The translations under genes and the position numbers were made by a program. Below the pieces are notes generated by a model. That model worked only from the letters and a program-made list of their open reading frames with translations, did not search any database and was not told the DNA's origin. This document shows, piece after piece, positions 13,036 through 26,650 of a stretch of DNA of 64,000 bases; position 1 is the stretch's first letter, and every line of letters starts with the position of its first letter. Source of the DNA: Eledone cirrhosa (taxonomy: Eukaryota); NCBI GenBank assembly GCA_964016885.1, contig OZ024741.1, forward strand, positions 119,288,001 to 119,352,000, given 5' to 3'.

Positions 13036-14584
13036 CAAGATAAACATCTTTAGTGTATCATAAATATTTTTTCTTAGCAATTAATATACTGAGAGTATCT
13101 TTCATAACAATTAGTGTATATTCTCAAAAAAGCCAAAAGAACAATCTAGAAAGCACCAGGAAGAAAAATACTCCTCCCAATCCACCCCCAGACACACACA
13201 TACAAACGGGGGGAGGGGGAGAAAAGACATCTAGTGCTCAAAATGAACACATAACTAAAGAAAATCTATCTGAAAGAAAATAATTTGAATGGACAAGTCA
13301 TCATCAAGTGTTTTTGTTTAGTGTGTGTGTGTTCACTTTATCAAGTGTTTGGGTATGTATCTTTCATTGTGTTGGTGTGTGTGTGTGTGTGTTCACTTCA
13401 AGTGTTTGTTTATGTGTATATAGGTTTCATTGTGTGGCTGAGCGTGTTCACTTTATCAAGTGTTTGTTTATGTGTTTCAGTGTGTGTGTGTGTGTTTAAT
13501 TCATATCTGTTATAGTTGTTTTCCTCCTTGCTTCCTTTACCTCTGTATAGTGAAGAAGTTTGATTTTTCTCATTAATAAATCCAACTGTGTAGACAGAGA
13601 AAAGGGCCGCCAGGCTACAAGGTTGACAAACTAATGTTAAACCCAAGGCCTTTCTTACCATTGCAATGCTGCTTCCATATTACATTTATAAATCTCTCTG
13701 CATATATATATTGTGTGTGAGTATATATTATACACATACACACACATATACATACATGCATACACACACGTTTGCCGAAGAAAATATATATCCTTTCTTG
13801 TGCATTGATTTCTTGCATATGTAGTGAAATAATCACAGAAGTACAAAATAAAATCTAAAATAACTATAACATCAACATCAGAAATAGTGAAAATGACACT
13901 TATGGGTATTTAAGGCAAGAGACGCTGGCTGTAATAGTCACCACAGTAGTTAGTGCTGCCACAGCCAAGTCATGTCATAAGTTCCTTCTTTGTCTTCTTC
14001 ACTCACTTATTCCTGAGAGGGTCATGGGAGAACTGAGTCCTCAAACACATCTTCCAGTTGGTCCTATCAGAAGCATCTGTCACCAATTGATCTGGCTGGA
14101 TCTTCAAGCAAGACCAACCGAGCTCATGGATGTTATCCAACCATCTTGCTCATAAAAAATCTTGCTTGTAAAAAATCTGTCCAGCAATTCTTTCCCCGAG
14201 ACATTCTAGCCATATGTCTGTAGTATTGAAGCTGTGATCGCTCAATTCATAGAATTAGTGGGTCTACATGGAGCAACTCCCTGACCTCCAAGCAAGACAT
14301 GAGCAGTTTAGCCTCAGTTAGGTGTCAATCCTTCTAATCTATGTTAGCATGGAAAATAGACAATAAATGATGATGAGGAGGATTAGTGATATATGCAAAG
14401 CCAAAAGGTTACCAGGAAATTGCTTTTACTCCATAAGCAGAGGGATGGTGATGTTAAGAAAAGTGTTTCACAACCATGTGGTTTGGGGCTTGATCCTACT
14501 GATAACATGTCCAAGCAAAGTAAACATTAAATAATGATGATGATGATGATAACACTAACCATATATGCAAACAAAAGAGAGGAG

Positions 14585-14830
14585 AGAAGATTGCATGTAA
14601 TGCACATAAATGATGATCCTTGAGTGAAGAAGTGCCAGGAGTTTCAAGTGGAAAGAAGCTACAGAAAAAGACAAACCAAAAACGACATGGACAGAAGTGA
14701 TGAAAGCATTTCTTAGGATGATGAACTTCACAAAGGAGATGACAAAAAAATTATATGCTATGCTACAGAGAACTTATTTAATGCATACAACATAGAAGAA
14801 TGGGCGTAAAAAGTATGCTGATGGTGATAA
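14585..14830 (+). mobile_element. Old degraded RTE C-terminal/3' fragment
   Basis: Residual similarity to the HVMRMxDD..KKC..RPKKTW-coding region of the younger RTE copies, followed by a (GAT)-like tail. Confidence 0.4.
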
Positions 14831-16347
14831 TGCTGATGTAACAGTAAGGTACATTCTTCAAATCTATTTTCTCAGTGTGCGTTTAAATTATTTATTTCTG
14901 AAGAAGAAAAGCTTTCTTCAAAACATCATTATTGCCCCTCTCCACCACCTCAATCACCACCGTTGCTTACACAACCACTACTACCATATATTTACATGGT
15001 ATTCTTTTATTTTATGAGTACAATAAACAAAGAAAATCACAGCATCTTATACAAATGTTTAATGGTTCTTTGACAGATTGTAAGCTTGAAGGTGGTTCAG
15101 GGACCCATGACATCAGATGCTTCCACCATTATAGGTCCAACAAGAAATCTATCAAAGAGCAGCCAATTGCCTTGTCAGCTTGCTAGCTTAAAGATGATTC
15201 AAGGATGTAGGACACCAAATATTTCTACCGCTATGGATTTGGCAAAAAAACCTATCAGAGAGTGACCAGTACTTTGTTAGTTTGCAATATTTAGCCTGAT
15301 GGATAACAAAACCTGGATTGATCCTTAAAATGCTGTGCCCTTAATTCTTCTTTGACCTTTTATAAACAACCTTGAAATCAAAATCTTTTTTTTTCAATAA
15401 TTACAGGGCTGTAATGTTAATGAGTGATGGTGGCAGAAGTTGCATAAATTAATTGTATCAGATTGTTTTGCCAATATTCCACTTATTCAATGTTAAAATG
15501 GAATGTAGATTATGTGGATGTATATACATGAATGTTTCTACAAGAATCATGTGTGTGTGAGTCAGTCTGTGAGAGTATTTGACTATGTGTATGTCTGTGA
15601 TTGGTGAGACAGATATAAATTAAAACAAACTGATTAGAAGAAATACATTTAAAGAAATTCTAATTTGTGTAATGACAGCTGAGGAAGGAAATAGCTTCTG
15701 ACAAAGAAGAGTTGTTTTTGTTGTTGTTATATTGCTGTTTAGCCCCAGGTCAGCTATGATCAAGCAGAATTACAATCAAAATGTATTCTAGCCATGACCA
15801 TCTCATCCTTTTCGTTTTTCAGGCACAGTATATCTAGGACCACATTATCCAATGTGTTTTATGTTATTAAATAGAGAGAGAGGGTGTGATTTGGTGGAGA
15901 TTGGCTGGTATTTTTAGAGGCTCTTTTGTTTACAGTGTGGTGTAGATTGTGTAAACTGGTGAAATCAGTTGACAGACATATTGATGCCATAAATCTAACT
16001 TTGTGTTTAAATGGATATTTTTATATTTGGTAGGTGTGGATGAAGGGGTACTTGCCCATAGCCTTCACAGGCCCTTAGTGACAGGGATAAAAGTGATGAC
16101 ATAATTACTGCTTTCTAATATATGCGTTATAGATACAGGTATGGCTGTGTGTTGTGAAGGTGCTTCTGGATTGGGAAAGTATATTTTACTATAACCTTGG
16201 GTTGACCAATACATTGTGAGTCAAATTTGGTAGATGGAAACTATACAGAAGTGTGTGTGTGTGTGTGTGTGTGTTTGTATGCATATATCTATATATGTGT
16301 GTGTGTGTGTGTTTGTATGCATGTGTGTGTGTATATATATATATATA

Positions 16348-16681
16348 TCATCATCATCATCATCCGTCCACTTTTCCTTGCTTGCAAGGGTGGGACGGGA
16401 ACTGATTCTGGCTTGATTTCTACAGCTGGATGCCCTTCCTAACACCAACCTCATTTACAGTGAGTGCTGGGCGCTTTTTTGCCGTGGCACCTCCACGACC
16501 ACTTTGCAGTGGAATGATAGGGACCCCAGTCCTATCATTTCATTTTTACAGCTGAGTAAACTGGAGAAATGTGAAATAAAATGTCTTGCTCAAGGACACA
16601 ACACATCCCCCGGTCTGAGAATTGAACTTACAACCTTTTGAATGCAAGGCCAATGCTCTAACCACTAAGCTATGTGCCTCC
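16348..16681 (-). mobile_element. tRNA-head SINE with RTE-B 3' tail and (GAT)n end, inserted in (TA)n
   Basis: Near-identical to 5007-5329; ends in a (GAT)n run abutting TA repeats. Confidence 0.85.
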
Positions 16682-17419
16682 ATAATATATATATATATAT
16701 ATAATTGTTTGTGCGTGTGTGTGAATGTATGTATGTTTGTTTATGTCATTCACAGTGAATATATCAACAGTTTAAAAAAACCTAGTGATGACATTTGTTT
16801 ATGACCCCCCATAGGCAATAACAAAGAAAAACAACAACAATAACAATGCAACAAAACTCGTCCTCTCCCCTCCCTTTCCCCTTTCATCAGTTTAAAGGAG
16901 AAAGTACCTAAATGTTACTGTGTAACTGCTACTATCAATGTTGCTGTTAGTGTTATTGTTGCTGGTGTTATTGTTGTCATTGTGATTGTTGTTGTTGTTG
17001 CTACTATTGTCGTTTCTATTGTTGATGCGGCTGTTGCTGTTGTTGTTGTCATTGTCATTTTTATTATTGTTGTTGCTACTATTGTCGTTTCTATTGTTGT
17101 TGTTGTTAATTGTCCTTGTAATTTTTCTTGTTCTTGTAATTGTTGCTGTTGCTCTTATTGTTGTTGTTGATGTGGTTGTATTTATTGTTGTTGATGTAAT
17201 TGTTGTTGTTCCTGTTGTTGATGTGGTTGTTATTACTGATGCAGCTATTACTGCTGCTGCGGTTGCCATTTGTTGTTGCAATTGTTGTTGTCGTTAATGC
17301 TGTTGTTTTTCAAATTTAATTCCCTTTTACTGTATGCTGGCTTTTCTTAATGCTTCCAGGCCATTTAAATGTAATTGAAATAGCTTCTTTGCTGTTTGTT
17401 TGAGGTGATTTCTTTCTTT

Positions 17420-18225
17420 CTGGTGTTGATGATGATGTTGATGGAGATTGTGGTGATAGTGATGGTGTTGGCCATGGTGGTGGTGGTGGTGGTGGTGGTG
17501 GTGGTGTTGATGGAGATTGTGGTGATAGTGATGGTGTTGGCCATGGTGGTGGTGGTGGTGATGGAGATTGTGGTGATAGTGATGGTGTTGGCCATGGTGG
17601 TGGTGGTGGTGTTGATGATGATGATGATGGAGATTGTGGTGATAGTGATGGTGTTGGTCATGGTGGTGGTGGTGGTGTTGATGGAGATTGTGGTGATAGT
17701 GATGGTGTTGGCCATGGTGGTGGTGGAGATTGTGGTGATAGTGGTGGTGTTGGCCATGGTGGTGGTGGAGATTGTGGTGATAGTCGTGGTGGAGATTGTG
17801 GTGATAGTGATGGTGTTGGCCATGGTGGTGGTGATAGTGATGGTGTTGGCCGTGGTGGTGGTGGTGGTGTTAATGATGGTGTTGATGGAGATTGTGGTGG
17901 TAGTGATGGTGTTGGTGATGGTAGTCATGGTGTTGGTGGTGGTAGTGATGGTGTTGGTGATGGTAGTGATGGTGTTGGTGGTGGTAGTGATGGTGTTGGT
18001 CACGATGAAGGTGGTGGTGGTGGTAGTGGTGACAATGGTGGTGAAGATGCTGGTGTTGTTGGAGATTGTGGTGGTAGTGATGGTGTTGGCCATGGTGGTG
18101 GTGGTGTTGATGATGACGATGGTGGTGAAGATGCTGGTGTTGGAGATTGTAGTGGTAGTGGTACTGGTAATGATGATGACAGTGGTGATAGTGCTACTGA
18201 TCATGGTCATGATAGTGGTAGTGTT
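17420..18225. repeat. GGT/GAT triplet-derived compound minisatellite
   Basis: Recurring GATGGAGATTGTGGTGATAGTGATGGTGTTGGCCATGGT(GGT)n unit. Confidence 0.85.
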
Positions 18226-18501
18226 GGGCAATCCTGATGAAGATAACTGTTGCTATATTGGCAGAGATGATGATGATGATGATAGCGGTGGTGGGGCTGG
18301 TCACAATGAAGATAACCATTGTATTATTGATAGTGATGGTAGTGAATATTTCAAAGCCATCACTTTAATTATAAATATTTGACACTAAAACTCAACAAAT
18401 AATCCCGGATTACGGTGCTATGATCTATATTACTGAATGATAATTTTATGCTTCATTTCAGTTTAATAATTAATGGGAATTACATATATATATATATATA
18501 C

Positions 18502-18542
<41 letters not shown>

Positions 18543-18543
<1 letters not shown>

Positions 18544-21173
18544 CATCATCATCATCATCATCACCGTTTTACGTCCGTTCTTCCACGCTAGCATGGGTTA
18601 GACGGGTTGTCCTGTTGTGGGCAGTGTCTGGTCGGCTGACCATGCCTTGCTCATACAGGAACTGATCTGGCTTGATTTCTACAGCTGGATGCCCTTCCTA
18701 ACACCAACCTCATTTACAGTGAGTGCTGGGTGCTTTTTCGTGGCGCCTACACGTCCACTTTACAGTGTGGGCTGGGTGCTTTTTTGCCGTGGCACCTCCA
18801 CGACCACCTTGCGGTGTGGGGTGTGGGGGCATATTGTCTATATGCTTCAGCTTGTACTCATGGGAGGTCGGGTACTCTATATTACTGTGTGACGCCAGAG
18901 GTCATGGTCGTGCGTAATTGCCTTTGAGAGGTGTAATTGGGTAAGGTCGGCTTTTATCACCTCATCCCAGGTCATCTTGGGTCTCCCCACTCCGCGGTTT
19001 CCATCAACTTCTAGTGCTCTGCACCTTTTTATGCAGCTGTCATCCTTCATACGTATCACATGTCCATTCCAGCGCAACCGCCTCTCCTGCACACAGCATT
19101 TGATTCCTCTTATGCTCAGTCTCTCTCTCAATTCATTTATGCTTTGTCGTTCACGTATATTACTGTTACACATCCATCGGAGCATGCAGGCTTCGTTTCT
19201 CTCTAATCTACGTAAGTCTTCCACCTTCAGCGCCCAGGTCTCACTACCATGCAACATCGCTGTTCGGATACACGCATCATACAGTCTGCCTTTCATTCTG
19301 AGGGAGAAGCCTTTTGCAGCTAGCAGTGGTAGTAGTTCCCTAAACTTCTTCCATCCCGTTCTTACCCTAGTTATTGTACTTTCTGAACACCCACCTCCAC
19401 TGCTAATTCGGTCACCTAGGTAGCAGAAGCTGTCTACTGTTTCTACAGACCCCTCCCAGAGATTGGTGGTACTTGTTTCCTGTGGCTGTTTGCTGCTTGC
19501 TGTCCCAGCACAGCTGCTGCATGTGAAGCCTACATTCTTAATTAAGCTTCCTGAGATCCCGCTACATCTCTTGTGTACCCATTGTTTGCACTTGGGGCAG
19601 AGAATGGAGTTCCTACCTACACCTTTCCTACATACTGAGCAAGGCCATTTCCCTGAGGGGATCTGGGTTCTGTTTTCTCGTCTACTTATAAGGACCTTAG
19701 TCTTTGTCATGTTGACTTTGAGACCCTTTCTTTCTAGTCCCTGCTTCCAAGTTTGGAATTTATTCACTAGTTCTACCATAGATTCAGCTATAAGTGCGAG
19801 GTCATCAGCATACAGGAGTTCCCATGGGCATCCGGTCTTAAACTCCTCCGTTATTGCCTGCAGGACTATGATGAACAGGAGGGGGCTAAGAACAGAGCCC
19901 TGGTAGACCCCAACCTGTACGCTAAATTCCTCGCTATACTCATTGCTAATCCTAACTTTGCTGACTGCTCCCCTATAGATGGCTTGTACCGCTTTCAGAA
20001 GCCATTCATCTACTCCTAGTTTTCTAAGAGCCCACCAGATTACAGCAGGTGGAACTCTGTCAAAGGCTTTCTCAAGGTCGACAAATGCCAAGTAGAGTGG
20101 CTTACTTTTAGCTAGGTACTTTTCCTGTAACTGCCTCACAAGGAAGAGGGCATCAGTGGTGCCTCTTCCTGGTACAAACCCAAATTGCATCTCGTCTATT
20201 TTCACCCGGTCCCTAATCAACTGTGCTATAACTTTCTGTTACTTTCATGACCTGGTCCATCAACTTTATACCTCTATAGTTTCCTCTATCTAGTGCATCA
20301 CCTTTACCTTTGTAGCAGTTGACAATGATGCTACTGCACCAATCTTTTGGTATGACACCTAGTATTACCTGGTTAACAATACGTGTGGTTATAGTGTGAC
20401 CTACAGACCCAGATGGCTTCAGCATCTCGGCAGCTATATCCGATGGACCGGTTGCCTTCCCCATCTTCATATCTTTGATTGCCTTACTTACTACGCTGCT
20501 GCTGACTTGTACTGCTGGCCCCTCTATAGGGTCTACTTGGGGTAGGGTCTCTTCTTCCCATGCATTCTCCTCATTTAGTAATCTATCATAATGACTCTTC
20601 CATGCATCTTTCTTCTAAGCACTTGTGAGGGCAAGCTCACCTTTATCATTCCGGATACACTCTCTCCAATGACATCACAATTCTCTCTGACACACTGCCT
20701 CGCAATCTTGAACACCTCCTGTTTCTGGTCCTCAAGTTGCAAAACATGCTTGTATTTTCTATCCTCTGCTTCCCTCCTAGCTAAGTATACTTGTCGCCTA
20801 GCTTCCCTCTTGGTCTCTATGTAATGTACCCTGCTCCCCCCGTTCTTTCCATGCCTGTCTCTTGGCCTTAACTGCCTCATCTACCTTATTGTTCCACCAC
20901 CAAGTCACTCTCCTCCTGCTTGAGGTCTTACTCCAGCCACAGACCTCATCCGTCGCCTCTAGTAAATTATTTTTTAGGAACTCCCAGTTCTCTTCTACAT
21001 TAAATGTCTCTATCTGTTCTTCTTTACTGTCGTAGGCGTTGAGTAAAATATCTTTAAATCTGTTACTGGTTGAGGGGTCTTTCAGCTTCCAGATCTTTCT
21101 TCTCCAGGTTGGCCTCTGTTTCCAGGTTTGTCTAGTTCTGACCGTGAGGTCGCTGACAACTAAGCTATGTTGG

Positions 21174-21179
<6 letters not shown>
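18543..21179 (-). mobile_element. RTE-clade LINE family B, 5'-truncated and frameshifted
   Basis: ORF pieces 20575-20880, 20213-20470 and 18877-20220 contain QFGF, FVDLEKAFDRV, QGSVLSPLLF and YADD. It has a 3' UTR, a (GAT)n tail and (TA)n on both sides. Confidence 0.95.
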
Positions 21180-21210
<31 letters not shown>

Positions 21211-21587
21211 ATAATAATACTATTTATAGTTATGTATATAGTATAAACAACTATAAACAAGAAGGTCAGTAATTTCTTATTTACCTTATTACCAGTAATA
21301 TATATATACTACATATATATATATATCGCAAGAATCAGAAAATATGGCCACTTTTTTTCCATCTCTAGGGGTATTTTACTAGATTTTCTAAACTATTATT
21401 CAAAGCCCAATTTCTCACAAGTGCCTCTGTCAGTTTTTTTCCATCTCCAGAGTTATTTGACTGATTTTCTCTATTATTTATCGCAATCAACTATTACAAT
21501 TGTCATTTATGTTAGGGTGATTACATTTCAAATTTACCCAATTCTCCTTAAATCAACCAGTTGTTTACATATACACATATATATCAA

Positions 21588-21649
21588 TGAGGTAAAGGAT
21601 CAACCACAAGTTACTAAAGGCCTGAGCTTGCAGTTGATCTTCTACCTCA
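21588..21649 (-). ncRNA. Candidate pre-miRNA hairpin with let-7-type seed
   Basis: Minus-strand 5' arm TGAGGTAGAAGATCAACTGCAAG pairs with CTTGTGGTTGATCCTTTACCTCA at 22 of 23 positions (3 G-U); loop is 16 nt. Confidence 0.45.
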
Positions 21650-21749
21650 GTAGTGTACCCACTCTGCATCATACCATGTATCGAGTACTAGTCTGATTTT
21701 TGATAGCTGTACTGGAGAGACAGAGAGAGAGAGAGATAAGAGAGAGAGA

Positions 21750-21845
<96 letters not shown>

Positions 21846-22004
21846 GAGAGAGGAGACGGGGGTATAATAAAACACCAAACTGATATATTTTAAGTTCTGG
21901 TCTTTGAGTTCAATTCCTGTTGAGGAAAGTCAACAACATTATTTATATGTTTGATGATGATGATGGTGATAATGATTTATGTGCAGAGCTATTCAGCTCC
22001 TTTC

Positions 22005-25000
22005 CTGGTCAATAGTGTTATGTATTGTCTCTACAGAACTGGTCAATAGTGTTATGTATTGTCTCTACAGAACTGGTCAATAGTGTTATGTATTGTCTCT
22101 ACAGAACTGGTCAATAGTGTTATGTATTGTCTCTACAGAACTGGTCAATAGTGTTATGTATTGTCTCTACAGAACTGGTCAATAGTGTTATGTATTGTCT
22201 CTACAGAACTGGCCAATAGTGTTATGTATTGTCTCTACAGAACTGGCCAATAGTGTTATGTATTGTCTCTACAGAACTGGCCAATAGTGTTATGTATTGT
22301 CTCTACAGAACTGGCCAATAGTGTTATGTATTGTCTCTACAGAACTGGTCAATAGTGTTATGTATTGTCTCTACAGAACTGGTCAATAGTGTTATGTATT
22401 GTCTCTACAGAACTGGTCAATAGTGTTATGTATTGTCTCTACAGAACTGGCCAATAGTGTTATGTATTGTCTCTACAGAACTGGTCAATAGTGTTATGTA
22501 TTGTCTCTACAGAACTGGTCAATAGTGTTATGTATTGTCTCTACAGAACTGGTCAATAGTGTTATGTATTGTCTCTACAGAACTGGTCAATAGTGTTATG
22601 TATTGTCTCTACAGAACTGGCCAATAGTGTTATGTATTGTCTCTACAGAACTGGCCAATAGTGTTATGTATTGTCTCTACAGAACTGGCCAATAGTGTTA
22701 TGTATTGTCTCTACAGAACTGGTCAATAGTGTTATGTATTGTCTCTACAGAACTGGTCAATAGTGTTATGTATTGTCTCTACAGAACTGGCCAATAGTGT
22801 TATGTATTGTCTCTACAGAACTGGCCAATAGTGTTATGTCTTGTCTCTACAGAACTGGTCAATAGTGTTATGTATTGTCTCTACAGAACTGGTCAATAGT
22901 GTTATGTATTGTCTCTGCAGAACTGGTCAATAGTGTTATGTATTGTCTCTACAGAACTGGCCAATAGTGTTATGTATTGTCTCTACAGAACTGGCCAATA
23001 GTGTTATGTATTGTCTCTACAGAACTGGCCAATAGTGTTATGTATTGTCTCTACAGAACTGGCCAATAGTGTTATGTATTGTCTCTACAGAACTGGTCAA
23101 TAGTGTTATGTATTGTCTCTACAGAACTGGCCAATAGTGTTATGTATTGTCTCTACAGAACTGGCCAATAGTGTTATGTATTGTCTCTACAGAACTGGTC
23201 AATAGTGTTATGTATTGTCTCTACAGAACTGGCCAATAGTGTTATGTATTGTCTCTACAGAACTGGTCAATAGTGTTATGTATTGTCTCTACAGAACTGG
23301 TCAATAGTGTTATGTATTGTCTCTACAGAACTGGTCAATAGTGTTATGTATTGTCTCTACAGAACTGGTCAATAGTGTTATGTATTGTCTCTACAGAACT
23401 GGTCAATAGTGTTATGTATTGTCTCTACAGAACTGGCCAATAGTGTTATGTATTGTCTCTACAGAACTGGCCAATAGTGTTATGTATTGTCTCTACAGAA
23501 CTGGCCAATAGTGTTATGTATTGTCTCTACAGAACTGGCCAATAGTGTTATGTATTGTCTCTACAGAACTGGTCAATAGTGTTATGTATTGTCTCTACAG
23601 AACTGGCCAATAGTGTTATGTATTGTCTCTACAGAACTGGCCAATAGTGTTATGTATTGTCTCTACAGAACTGGCCAGTAGTGTTATGTATTGTCTCTAC
23701 AAAACTGGCCAGTAGTGTTATGTATTGTCTCTATACAGAACTGGCCAGTAGTGTTATGTATTGTCTCTACAGAACTGGTCAATAGTGTTATGTATTGTCT
23801 CTACAGAACTGGTCAATAGTGTTATGTATTGTCTCTACAGAACTGGCCAGTAGTGTTATGTATTGTCTCTACAGAACTGGTCAATAGTGTTATGTATTGT
23901 CTCTACAGAACTGGTCAATAGTGTTATGTATTGTCTCTACAGAACTGGCCAGTAGTGTTATGTATTGTCTCTACAAAACTGGCCAGTAGTGTTATGTATT
24001 GTCTCTACAGAACTGGCCAGTAGTGTTATGTATTGTCTCTACAGAACTGGTCAATAGTGTTATGTATTGTCTCTACAGAACTGGTCAATAGTGTTATGTA
24101 TTGTCTCTACAGAACTGGTCAATAGTGTTATGTATTGTCTCTACAGAACTGGTCAATAGTGTTATGTATTGTCTCTACAGAACTGGTCAATAGTGTTATG
24201 TATTGTCTCTACAGAACTGGCCAATAGTGTTATGTATTGTCTCTACAGAACTGGTCAATAGTGTTATGTATTGTCTCTACAGAACTGGCCAGTATTGTTA
24301 TGTATTGTCTCTACAGAACTGGTCAATAGTGTTATGTATTGTCTCTACAGAACTGGTCAATAGTGTTATGTATTGTCTCTACAGAACTGGTCAATAGTGT
24401 TATGTATTGTCTCTACAGAACTGGCCAATAGTGTTATGTATTGTCTCTACAGAACTGGCCAATAGTGTTATGTATTGTCTCTACAGAACTGGTCAATAGT
24501 GTTATGTATTGTCTCTACAGAACTGGCCAGTAGTGTTATGTATTGTCTCTACAGAACTGGTCAATAGTGTTATGTATTGTCTCTACAGAACTGGTCAATA
24601 GTGTTATGTATTGTCTCTACAGAACTGGCCAGTAGTGTTATGTATTGTCTCTACAGAACTGGTCAATAGTGTTATGTATTGTCTCTACAGAACTGGCCAG
24701 TAGTGTTATGTATTGTCTCTACAGAACTGGCCAGTAGTGTTATGTATTGTCTCTACAAAACTGGCCAGTAGTGTTATGTATTGTCTCTACAGAACTGGCC
24801 AGTAGTGTTATGTATTGTCTCTACAGAACTGGTCAATAGTGTTATGTATTGTCTCTACAGAACTGGCCAGTAGTGTTATGTATTGTCTCTACAGAACTGG
24901 CCAGTAGTGTTATGTATTGTCTCTACAAAACTGGCCAGTAGTGTTATGTATTGTCTCTACAGAACTGGCCAGTAGTGTTATGTATTGTCTCTACAGAACT

Positions 25001-25282
25001 GGTCAATAGTGTTATGTATTGTCTCTACAGAACTGGTCAATAGTGTTATGTATTGTCTCTACAGAACTGGTCAATAGTGTTATGTATTGTCTCTACAGAA
25101 CTGGTCAATAGTGTTATGTATTGTCTCTACAGAACTGGTCAATAGTGTTATGTATTGTCTCTACAGAACTGGTCAATAGTGTTATGTATTGTCTCTACAG
25201 AACTGGTCAATAGTGTTATGTATTGTCTCTACAGAACTGGTCAATAGTGTTATGTATTGTCTCTACAGAACTGGCCAGTAGT
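22005..25282 (+). repeat. 34-bp minisatellite, ~96 copies
   Basis: Unit CTGG(T/C)CA(A/G)TAGTGTTATGTATTGTCTCTACA(G/A)AA arranged head-to-tail with no spacers. Confidence 0.98.
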
Positions 25283-26219
25283 ATGTATGTGTTGCCTTCA
25301 TTTGACCATAGCATGGCTGAATGGTTAAGGAGTTTGCTTCACAACTATTACATCCAAGGTTCAATCCTACTGTTCAGCATTATGGGTAAAAGTAGGTTGT
25401 TGAGCTCATGCTTTTCCAACAAATACAAACCTCAAACTAATCAGGGGAGGATCGTAGTGGAAGCCATGCCTTTGCTACATTTATGTATGAATGTATGGAT
25501 CCATAACTCCAAATGGAGTTGTAGGGTCACTATCATGACAGTGTATCTTGGGCATTTTAAACCTAGTAGAGCCTATCCCTTCTCCAGATCTGAACACAGC
25601 CAATTTCTTCCAGAGAAGTAGAGAAAGTGGAATCGAGAGGAAGTGACAAAGAGATATAGAAGACTCGGCTGCAGAACCGAACTGGTACTTTTTTTACTTT
25701 ATCGACCCTTAAAGGATGAAAAACAAAGTTCACCTCAGTGGGTTTGAACTTAGAGAGCCGGAACTAATGAATACCACAAAGGAGCCAACCCCATATTCTA
25801 ACAACTCTGCCAATCTGTTAGCCTATCTTACATAAATACAAACCTCAAATAGATCAGGGAAGGATATATATGATCTGAGCTCTTTCAAGTCTAAAGTAAA
25901 TTCATTTCTTTTGTCTTAATTTCTCCTTCTTCATAGTCCCTTACACTAAGTGGCTTCATGCCTTGTTTGGAACTTTCATGGAAAAAAAAGTTGTGGAGGT
26001 CATTCCTTTCCTCCATAAATATAATGCTTAGTATGATGAGTGATGTGAAATAGTTTCAAAGGGAGAAACAAACACCATTGTGCACTTAACTCTGCGATAC
26101 ACTAAGTTGTCACTGAGGGGGGGGGGGGGGGGGCGCACCATTAGATCTGAGTACGATAATATTATAGAGTACAGGAACTAGTGAGGACAGGATTTGGAAG
26201 GAATGACACTAGTTTTGGT

Positions 26220-26650
26220 AAGGGAGAGGGAAAGAGAGAGAGCAACAGAGAGAGGGAGCAACAGAGAGAGAGAGCAAGGGAGAGAGGGAACAAGAGAGAG
26301 AGGGAACAAGAGAGAGAGGGAACAAGAGAGAGAGAGAGCAACAGAGAGAGAGCAAGAGAGAGAGAGCAACAGAGAGAGAGAGAGCGAGAGAGAGGGAGCA
26401 AGAGAGAGAGAGAGAGCAAGAGAGAGAGGGAGCAAGAGAGAGAGAGCAAGAGAGAGAGGGAACAAGAGAGAGAGAGGAATGGAGCGAGAGAGAGGGGAAG
26501 GAAGCGCGAGAGAGAGAGGAAGTGAGAGAGGGAGGGAGGGAGAGAGGGAGGGAGAGAGAGAGAGTGAAATAAAGAAAGAAACAGATACATACTGAGAGAG
26601 AAAGAGAAAGTGAGAGCAAGCGAGACAGAGAGGGAGCAAAAGAGAGAAAT
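26220..26650. repeat. GA-rich compound microsatellite (pure (GA)n also at 21715-21853)
   Basis: (GA)n interrupted by GCAA/GAACAA. Confidence 0.9.

Noticed and set aside
15078-15265. Possible + strand coding exon after TTTGACAG
   Set aside because: Short open frames with no recognisable protein similarity or partner exons.
17365-18382. Mucin-like Thr-rich ORF and Val/Met-rich ORF
   Set aside because: Both come from a triplet-repeat minisatellite that is open on both strands. No convincing splice sites or domain; not supportable as a gene.
22005-25282. CRISPR-like array (34-bp period)
   Set aside because: Units are contiguous with no unique spacers, there are no cas genes, and the context is eukaryotic.
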